From Chamaesiphon sp. (GTDB lineage Bacteria; Cyanobacteriota; Cyanobacteriia; Cyanobacteriales; Chamaesiphonaceae), in NCBI GenBank assembly GCA_965246715.1, contig CBDFFH010000032.1, positions 1 through 34,692 on the forward strand: 34,692 nt of DNA. The letters run 5' to 3'. This document shows positions 17,316 to 25,500 of this stretch, in pieces. The position numbers and the translations under genes were made by a program. Position 1 is the first letter of the stretch, and every line of letters starts with the position of its first letter. A model generated the notes under the pieces. That model saw only the letters and a program-made list of their open reading frames with translations. It had not been told where the DNA came from and did not search any database.

Positions 17316-19745
17316 CTAGACATTTTTTACATTGACATTGATAACTAGATCGTTAAAATCTCGATCGCCACCACCATACAGATCCTCGACACCAAAGGTA
17401 TTGTCACCGAGTAACCGGAAATGATCTACTTTGTCAGGATTGGCACCAAGATAATTGAAATACGCATGGATGGCATTACCATCGCCACCATTAGTCGGAT
17501 TTTTGCTAACAAAATCTGACAACGTGCCTTGAGCGACGAGAACTGGTGCATAAATTTTACCGCCGACAAGATCTTGGTTAGATTTGCTATCGGTTTTGTT
17601 GGCTGACAATACGGCACTTTTAATCGCTTCGATCGCGTAATTAGCATCCCCAGGCTTAAAGGTACCAGCAGCGGTTTTGATGGTGCCGATCGCATCTTCT
17701 ACAGCATAGAAACCGATATTATTGTTATAGACAGCATCACTTTTACTGACGATATCAGCCTTGAGCGTTTTGCCTGAATAGTCGGTAAGATCGATCGTGC
17801 GTCCTTGCGCTAAACCTTGTGATTTGGCACCGATGGGCACAATTGGTGTCGCACCTGCAAGCTTGGTAATATTCAAGACCAATTCATCGTTATTGACGGA
17901 TACTTTGTAGCCATCATTTGTCGAATTAGGCGTGACTGTGAATAAACTATTACCACTGGCATCGGGTTGAGCCAAGCGGACATTCGTGGGGATTTTACCA
18001 GCGGCGATTTGTTGTTGGACATCATTGATGGAACCATCTTGCACCTCGAAAAATTCGTAGATCTTGCTAGGATCGAGGGCAATTTCACGCGGGGTAGTAC
18101 TAAAGAAACTGTCATTGAGTGCGGAAAAAATGGGTTTGATTCTGCTGGCGGCAGCTTGGAGATATCCCGCTGCACCTGGAGCGATCCCACCAATTTTGCC
18201 AGTCGCATCATCGACCACAAATGCCCCGATTTCATTGACTTTACTAGTCGATTTTTGGCTGACAGGCGTAATCCTCAAGCCACGGAAAGTGCTATCGGTA
18301 ACAAACAGGTTGTCGGGGGTAATAGTAATACCTGGAATCGGTGGAGTCACTGGAGCAGGAGTCGTAATAGTAGTCAGCGTGAAGCTCTTGGTGGCATCAG
18401 GTGTCGCACCAACAGTCGGATCGTCAACGTTAACGACGGTACTAAAGCTAGTTTTTGTGCTGGACGTGATATCTACACCAGCTTTGAGGAACAGAGTATT
18501 ACCCACAATCTCAAAGCTATTGGCATCGGTACCCGTGAGGGTGAGGTTATTTGTACCTAGTCCGTCATCAGTAATTGCCAAGTCTACGACTTTAATCCGG
18601 TTAGCAGTACTAGTGGTGTTTGCAAGCGTTGTCACCGCATTGCTGAAGACAATCCCTGTCGGTGCTAAGTTAGTCGGCGTTGGGTTTGGTGTAGAGGTAA
18701 GCAGTGTCGTTGCGCCAGTAATACTTTCACCACCAAATAAACTACCACTAATAAACCGAACGAGTGTAGCTGCACCAGTAGTCGGATTGATGCTGACTCG
18801 ATTCTTGGACGTGTAACCAGTCAGTTGACCGCCTTCAAAATCAAGCCCCATGACAGCAGAGAATCCAAGCTGACCGATATTTTTTGCTTTAGTGGGATCG
18901 GCGATCGGAATCGACCAAAGTGCATCAGAATTGGGATCGGTGGATCTAGATGTCGCGAAGAACTGACTATTGGCAGCGTCATAGACTAAATCGCTGTAAG
19001 ATTGAAACCCAGTCGGTAGGGAGCCAATTAGAGTCGCTACAGCGGTAGTAGGATCGATCGCATAAAGTTTATCTCCAGCTACATCGCTGCTAATGGCGTA
19101 GAGCTTATTATCGGGCGTAGCCTCCAACGAACTCATCGTTCCAGCTACTACATTGCCGGAAGCGTCTTTAATTAAGCTGGCGGTAGGGAGGAAAATTTGA
19201 TTATTCCGATCGAGACTGGGATCGATAATATATAACTGATTGGCACTAGTACCATTCGTCAGCGTACTCCAAACTCCATAGAGTTTACCATTGGGGGTAA
19301 GAGCCAAGTCGTTTAGCAACGTACCGCCTGCTAATGGAAAATACGCACCATCAGTACCGACTGTCCCTACAGATTTAGTCCTGCCATTGAGTGTATATCC
19401 GCTAACCGATAAGATTGCCGTTGCTTTACCACCATCGACAGTCGATAGCACATAATCTTCTAGGCTAGCACCTGAGATCCGAACTTTATAACTAATCCCT
19501 GGATAGGTGGTGTTAAAAATCTTCGATGTTGGCGCACTGGAAGTGTCGATCGTGGCTCCTGTTGCGGAGTTAATCAAATCGATGACGAGCGGGTTGCTAC
19601 CAGTCTTGGGATCGCCAGTGACAGTGAGCTGTCGGAAACTATCCAAGCCAGCCAGATTGTATTCGGCGTAGTAATTGCCATCTTTATCTTTTACAGACGC
19701 ACTAAACGATCCAGTAATGCTTTGACCTAATGCGATATCTGCCAT
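17316..19745 (-). CDS. Extracellular protein: beta-propeller-like N-region, cadherin-like repeat, C-terminal DUF4114-type domain
   Basis: Repeated LY.IDP.T blades; N.APT.I....DDGLGTN.L.L.G.DA..FEI cadherin-like; FGVEDLYGGGDRDFNDLVI. Confidence 0.78.
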   Translation of the reverse strand: MADIALGQSITGSFSASVKDKDGNYYAEYNLAGLDSFRQLTVTGDPKTGSNPLVIDLINSATGATIDTSSAPTSKIFNTTYPGISYKVRISGASLEDYVLSTVDGGKATAILSVSGYTLNGRTKSVGTVGTDGAYFPLAGGTLLNDLALTPNGKLYGVWSTLTNGTSANQLYIIDPSLDRNNQIFLPTASLIKDASGNVVAGTMSSLEATPDNKLYAISSDVAGDKLYAIDPTTAVATLIGSLPTGFQSYSDLVYDAANSQFFATSRSTDPNSDALWSIPIADPTKAKNIGQLGFSAVMGLDFEGGQLTGYTSKNRVSINPTTGAATLVRFISGSLFGGESITGATTLLTSTPNPTPTNLAPTGIVFSNAVTTLANTTSTANRIKVVDLAITDDGLGTNNLTLTGTDANSFEIVGNTLFLKAGVDITSSTKTSFSTVVNVDDPTVGATPDATKSFTLTTITTPAPVTPPIPGITITPDNLFVTDSTFRGLRITPVSQKSTSKVNEIGAFVVDDATGKIGGIAPGAAGYLQAAASRIKPIFSALNDSFFSTTPREIALDPSKIYEFFEVQDGSINDVQQQIAAGKIPTNVRLAQPDASGNSLFTVTPNSTNDGYKVSVNNDELVLNITKLAGATPIVPIGAKSQGLAQGRTIDLTDYSGKTLKADIVSKSDAVYNNNIGFYAVEDAIGTIKTAAGTFKPGDANYAIEAIKSAVLSANKTDSKSNQDLVGGKIYAPVLVAQGTLSDFVSKNPTNGGDGNAIHAYFNYLGANPDKVDHFRLLGDNTFGVEDLYGGGDRDFNDLVINVNVKNV

Positions 19746-19848
19746 GATTTTATCGGGGTAGGATTGTGACGATCGACACCACTAGCGATCTAACGGGTGC
19801 AAATCTACAAACAACCGCACCCACGTTCACCAAGCTGTTGTCGTTCTC

Positions 19849-19909
19849 AACATACATTAGTGGTAGGATAAAAATCAATTCGTCATTTAACCCAGGCACT
19901 CTTGAAGTT
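19849..19909 (-). promoter_or_regulatory. Island operator/promoter copy 2
   Basis: Minus strand AACTT-N10-TGGGTTAAATGACGAA-TTGATT-N18-TATGTT. Confidence 0.7.
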
Positions 19910-19991
19910 TTTTGAAGTTTCTCGATCTGTCATTAAAGGTGCTATGCCAACTCTGAGTTAATGCGATTGGTACTTCATTTACGTCATCTGG

Positions 19992-21113
19992 TTGGAGCTT
20001 ATGCAAACTTTGTCGATTCAGGATATCGAGCAGCTCAACCGTAGTATTTTCCAGCTTTACACGTTACGCGATCTCGATACATTTGGGGTAGATGCACTAT
20101 CGATCGTCGATCGGCTCGTTCCTGGCGAATTGCCGATGTTTCATACAAATCACGGTGTCACGCCCAAGCTGGACTATGTTTGTCTGGAGGGTTTTAGGTT
20201 GACAGCAGAGATGGAAAAAACGATGCACCAAGATTTTGGTACTCATCCGATCGTTCATAATATGCCGCTGACACTTACAGGCGCACACAAGATCTCTGAC
20301 TTTGTGACGCCACAACAATTACATCAGTTCGAGGGACTGTATCAGCAGTTTTTGCGATTGCATGAAATCGAAGACCAAATGATTTTATTTCTACCCGATG
20401 CAAATCTCGATAGTTGGCAAAAGCATTCTCAACTCGGTACTAAGTTAGTGGGATTTACCCAGAATCGGACTGAACGCAATTTTACCGAACGCGATCGAAT
20501 TATCTTCAATCTCCTCCGCCCGCATTTGGCTCAATCATATACAAATGTCCAGCAATATCACCAATTACAACAAGAAAATCATCAGCTACAACGATCTCTA
20601 AATCATTTCGGCACGATCGTCTTAGATCGCCAACAGCGGATCGTCTCGATCGCCCCCCAAGCGATAATTTGGTTAGAAACTTATTTTGCTAAATCGACTT
20701 GTTCGCATCAACAACTTCCCGATCGATTGCAATCGTGGCTGAGATATCAGATCGATTGTTTGACTCAAAATTCAGCAGTAACTCACGTTTGTTTACCATT
20801 ACGAATTCAGCACGCTGGTAGGGAATTGACGATCCGACTGACGATCGAACCAGAGAGGACAAGGTATCTACTACTATTGACAGAACAGACATTATCCCCA
20901 TTAAATTCTCTAGCCTTGCTGGGATTGAGTCAGCGCGAGACTGAAGTATTAAAATTGATAATTCAAGGCAAAGACAATAAAGCGATCGCGGCTCAATTGA
21001 GGGTTAATATTAGCACGATTCGTAAGCATTTAGAAAATATTTACAGTAAATTTAGGGTCAAAAGTCGTACAGAGGCGATCTCGTATGCTTTAACAAAACT
21101 CGGACTCCTATGA
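19992..21113 (+). CDS. LuxR-family HTH transcriptional regulator with N-terminal GAF/PAS-like sensor region (start may be ATG 20001)
   Basis: LSQRETEVL.LI.QG..NKAIA..L.....TIRKHLENIY.K..V.SRTEA; no receiver-domain acidic motif. Confidence 0.9.
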   Translation: MELMQTLSIQDIEQLNRSIFQLYTLRDLDTFGVDALSIVDRLVPGELPMFHTNHGVTPKLDYVCLEGFRLTAEMEKTMHQDFGTHPIVHNMPLTLTGAHKISDFVTPQQLHQFEGLYQQFLRLHEIEDQMILFLPDANLDSWQKHSQLGTKLVGFTQNRTERNFTERDRIIFNLLRPHLAQSYTNVQQYHQLQQENHQLQRSLNHFGTIVLDRQQRIVSIAPQAIIWLETYFAKSTCSHQQLPDRLQSWLRYQIDCLTQNSAVTHVCLPLRIQHAGRELTIRLTIEPERTRYLLLLTEQTLSPLNSLALLGLSQRETEVLKLIIQGKDNKAIAAQLRVNISTIRKHLENIYSKFRVKSRTEAISYALTKLGLL

Positions 21114-21188
21114 CTTAACTTTCTGAGCATAACTGGATTTAATCCTAAGTAGACAAGGATGAAAAGACAACTCGACTTAGGTTTTATG

Positions 21189-21306
21189 GGGAGCATCCCA
21201 CTTTTTATTAGTTGTTTGTAGAATAAAGTATCAAGAACCAGTCATCAGGCTATTCAGCGATCGTACTTATTTTATCTTTGAGAATTTTAAAAAGTGGGAT
21301 GCTCCC
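21189..21306. mobile_element. MITE (118 bp)
   Basis: 19-bp perfect TIR GGGAGCATCCCACTTTTTA; 9-bp TSD GGTTTTATG at 21180-21188 and 21307-21315. Confidence 0.9.
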
Positions 21307-21372
21307 GGTTTTATGCAGACGATGAAGCCATGACTCGATCGAATAGCAAAAAGCGATCGAGCGTGATGTTCG

Positions 21373-21397
21373 TTGGCGAAGCCTCTCCCAAAGGAGA
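21373..21397. repeat. 25-bp small dispersed repeat inserted in CG|ATCG of a terminator arm
   Basis: ttcg[ttggcgaagcctctcccaaaggaga]atcgc; removal restores a hairpin like 13281-13305. Confidence 0.7.
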
Positions 21398-21462
21398 ATC
21401 GCTATTATCCATAAACCCTGTTTTCTAATTATTTTTCTAGTGTCTGGAGCAAAAGAATCGAG

Positions 21463-22470
21463 CTACACTTCAGCATTAGATTTGAGTTTCTTTCTCATCC
21501 TTAAGGCTGCTGCGCCACCGATGAGCGTACCGATAATGGTAAATGGTTCGGGAACAGCAGTACCACCACTCGGAATACCTCCATCCGGTCTACCAGGATT
21601 CGTACAGTTAAATATCCCTGTATCGCTGCCAGTCGGCGCACTAGCAACAATCCTCGAACTACCACCCCCAGTAGCGACGCTCGCGCTACAGCCGCTCGCG
21701 CCACCACTGATGTCAGGTGGCCTCTGTGTGCCTAGAGTCCCTGCTTTGAGAAATACCGCCGAGTCATAAATCCCATCGCCGACATCGCCAATCGTCACGA
21801 TGAGTGTATTTGTCTGTCCTGGCTTGAGGGCACCTGTAAACAGCAGTGGTTTGGAGTAGCCATCGAGCTTTGTCTCCTGGTTTGCCGCACCCGTACTAGG
21901 CGGATTGAGAATCAGGTCATTACTATTAGCGAGGTTAGTAATGTTGACAACCGAGCCATTCGAGAGTTTAGCCAAGCTCTGCCCGTTCAATGTCAGTGAA
22001 AAAGTATCATTAAATGACGAACCGACCCACTCCGGCAGCTCTTCTGAGCCAAACACGTACTGGAAGTACAGGGTATTAGCGGTAGTGGCAGTGAAGTCAA
22101 TTCGCAGTTGATTCGTGTCACTAGTAGTGCCACCTGGTGGAAAATCCGTGCTGACATCGGTACAAGTCTTATAGCACTTATTTACACCTGGAATATCGGT
22201 GACTTTTCCGGTGCTGACAACTACCCCAGACGCTAATCCAAATGGGTCTTTTTGGAATGTCCCGAAAGCTTGAGCATTGCCGATCGTCTGAACGTTAAAA
22301 CTACTAACGTCCAATCCAGTAGTATCTCCCAGTATGGCGTTAATTAAAGCCGTCGGGTTATTATTTTGAGTAGTTGTCAAGCTTGTAGCTTGTCCTGGAG
22401 TAGGATTGAGGCAGAATGACGCTGTGGTGACAGCAGCAAGTAAGCAAGCATAATTATGGAAACGTTTCAT
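21463..22470 (-). CDS. PEP-CTERM protein with a choice-of-anchor L-like domain
   Basis: GVVVSTG, FQYVFGSEELPEWVGSSFND.F, IGDVGDGIYDSAVFL; VPEPFTIIGTLIGG tail. Confidence 0.85.
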   Translation of the reverse strand: MKRFHNYACLLAAVTTASFCLNPTPGQATSLTTTQNNNPTALINAILGDTTGLDVSSFNVQTIGNAQAFGTFQKDPFGLASGVVVSTGKVTDIPGVNKCYKTCTDVSTDFPPGGTTSDTNQLRIDFTATTANTLYFQYVFGSEELPEWVGSSFNDTFSLTLNGQSLAKLSNGSVVNITNLANSNDLILNPPSTGAANQETKLDGYSKPLLFTGALKPGQTNTLIVTIGDVGDGIYDSAVFLKAGTLGTQRPPDISGGASGCSASVATGGGSSRIVASAPTGSDTGIFNCTNPGRPDGGIPSGGTAVPEPFTIIGTLIGGAAALRMRKKLKSNAEV

Positions 22471-22572
22471 GGCTGTTTTTGGGTTTGATAATCATCTTGG
22501 AGAGTTGAGTTTGGGATCGGGGGTACGGCTGTGTAGGCAAAAGAAAGCGATTCTCTTGACGAGAAATTTAGA

Positions 22573-25500
22573 TTAGCGTGGGCCAGGAGGTGCAGGATCG
22601 CCAACGTATTTAAAGGCTGAGGAATTCAGATTGAGGCTACCGAAATTACCCGTAATAGTAGCCATATAGTCCAATTGCGCTTGGCCATTTTTGTCTGTGT
22701 AGCCGAGGTAGAGCAGCTCTTCACCACCAAAATTGAAGAGGGTGTATTTCGCTGCATATCCTGTTAAATTTCGCAGTTGAATCACATCACCTTTACTAGG
22801 ATCGAAGTTGACGATATTGGCATAATCGTTACCTGCGTTACTACCGTCATAGAAACTATGAGTGTAGTAGATGCCACCTGGTGCGATCGGGTTGATAATG
22901 CTGTTGGTATTGCCGAACGCATCTCCTAAGACGAATGTATCTGCTCCCGCGCCGCCATAGAGGGTATCCTGGTCGCGCGCGAGGTCGTATGTGTGAGTGT
23001 TGAAGCCAAAGCCGCCAGGAACTGGAGTGAATGTATCAAAGCCTCGATCGGTATTATCAGTACCTTGTAGTGTGCTACCACCAGCACTAGCTCTGAGCGT
23101 ATCGTTACCACGTCCGCCGATCAGGTAATCGTAGCCACCAGATCCGCCGCTCAAGTCATCGTTACCGTCACCACTGCTGATGTAGTCATCCTTGCTGGTA
23201 CCAGTCACCTCAAAGCGATCGAAGTTGGTGAAATCGACGCGATCGAGTAGTGGCACGGTACCATCTTCATCATCAACGCTGATGTATCGCTTGCCATAGC
23301 CGCTCTTGTCGGAACTAACATAAAACCCCATTCCACCCCCAGTATCGCCTTGGGAATAATCCACATGCAGCGTGCGGGTAGATAAATTACCTGTAAAAAG
23401 TCCGAATAAACTAGTACCGAGACCACCATTGACGGTATCGAATCCTAGCCCTGGATCTACATAGTTAGAACCGTAACCTGTCTTGCTGAAATTGTTATTA
23501 ACTCGACCTGGCTGGACGATCCGATCGTCGGTTCCCGATCCGGTGGTAATGTCTTTGAAGACTTCAAAGTTTTTAATCGTAGTCGAGCTGTCAACAAAAT
23601 TCGTGCCGTCAAATTGCTTGGCGTTAGGATCGTTAGGATCGATACCTGTGAGTTTAATCGAGACAGTTTTGTCTCCGAGATTATCGGACAAAGTGTCGAT
23701 CCCATCGCCGCCATCGAGGTAATCGTTGCCGCCACCACCAGTTACGGTGTCATTACCTGCTTCGGTAAAGATGACATCACCTTTGGCATTGGAGCCGCCT
23801 GTAATATTGTCATCTTGAATGGTGCCAGTGAAGAATAAGCGATCGATGCTAAGAAAGCTCACCGCATCGAGAACAGTTTTGCCATCACTGCTCGATCGAG
23901 TAATACTACCAAAGCGAGAACCTGTAAATCCACCCTTAGCTCCAGCACCATAGTCGCCGAGAGAATAGTCTATAGTCAGGCTATTGGTAGCAAATGTGCC
24001 CCCTACGACAACATCAGTACCACCTTTACTCAGCCCAGGATTGAAGTCACTGCTAAACTCATTACCACCAAAAAAAGTATCCGCTCGATCGGAACCGATG
24101 AGATTCTGGATACCAAATAGCTGGTCTCCTTCAGCATCCGATCGCTGACCCAAACGTGTTGCGAGATTGACTGTGACTGCACCTGGAGAATCTGCATAGC
24201 TGGCAATATTACCACCACCTCGGTTGCCACTAGCAATACTAGCTGAATCTAAGTCTGCGCGGAGGGTACCTGTATAGCCATCCCCAGAGAGGTAGTCGGC
24301 ACCCGCACCACCAATGAGGAGATCGTTCCCGTCGCCACCGAAGATATTGTCGTTGCCTGCACTGCCGCGAATGATGTTGTCACTGCGATCGCCTCTCAAA
24401 GTATCATTGTAAATCGAGCCTTCGAGATTTTGGAACGAACTCCGATTGGTATCGACACCTTTATCGTCTTTGTCTGCAAGTATTTTGTCTCCTGCTGCAT
24501 GACCACCACTTTGAGTGGTTCCTGGCGTAAGATCGACATTTACTGCTGCTGTAGAGAGCGCGTAGGATAGCCAGTTAATCCCCGCATCCCCGTCTAGTAC
24601 GTCACTACCCGCCCCTGCATAGATGAGGTCGTTCCCCAAGAAACCATTAATGTAGGCACCTGTGTAGACATAACCATTTTTTGACTTATAAGTACCAGAT
24701 GGAGCAGCATTTCCCGCCACCAAGATATCATCGTAAACCGATCCGACGATGTTCTGAACATTTTTGATGGTATCGTCTACGACATCATAGCCACCCACCG
24801 CACTATTAGCAGATAGGTAGATCGGTGAAGCAGTAGTGGGTGCAATTATAGGGAAAGTCTCACCCACACTCTGACTGGATAGATTCACATAAATGGGGCC
24901 TGGAGCCAGCGCGTAGAATACCGTATTGGTGCCACCGCCACCATCTAAATAGTTCTTGCCAGAGCCGCCGACCAACAGATCGTCTCCCTTACTACCTAGT
25001 AACGTATCGTCACCTGCTTCACCTTCGAGCACTGCATCAGCATCACCTGCGATCAGCGTATCGTTGAATCTCGAGCCGACAGCATTTTCAATATTTATCA
25101 GCGTATCTACGCCACCGTAGCCATTTTTTACTGCCGCACCCGTACCTAGATTGACAAAGACATCAGTAGCCGCAGCGGAATAGTCAACAGTATCGTTACC
25201 ATCACCTCCGTCTAGAAAATTGTTACCCGCTCCACCAAAGAGGAAATCTTCGTCTGCGCCGCCATAAAGTTGGTCATCTCCCGCACCACCATAGAGAGAG
25301 TCATTACCACCCTCGCCTTTGATAAGATCGTTACCGCTCCCACCAAAAAGTTGGTCGCCAGGTTTGTCGGCACCTTCATTTCCGCCTGTTAATTCCGCTG
25401 AGGTGAAAACTTGGTCGCCGATCGCGATCGTATCGCCTTGATTACCACCATTTGCAACAATTTTATTAACGTTTTTATACTCTTTGGTAATGTCTGAATA

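Noticed and set aside
18064..18816. 250-aa and 197-aa plus-strand ORFs
   Set aside because: Antisense shadows of the 809-aa gene with no recognisable motifs
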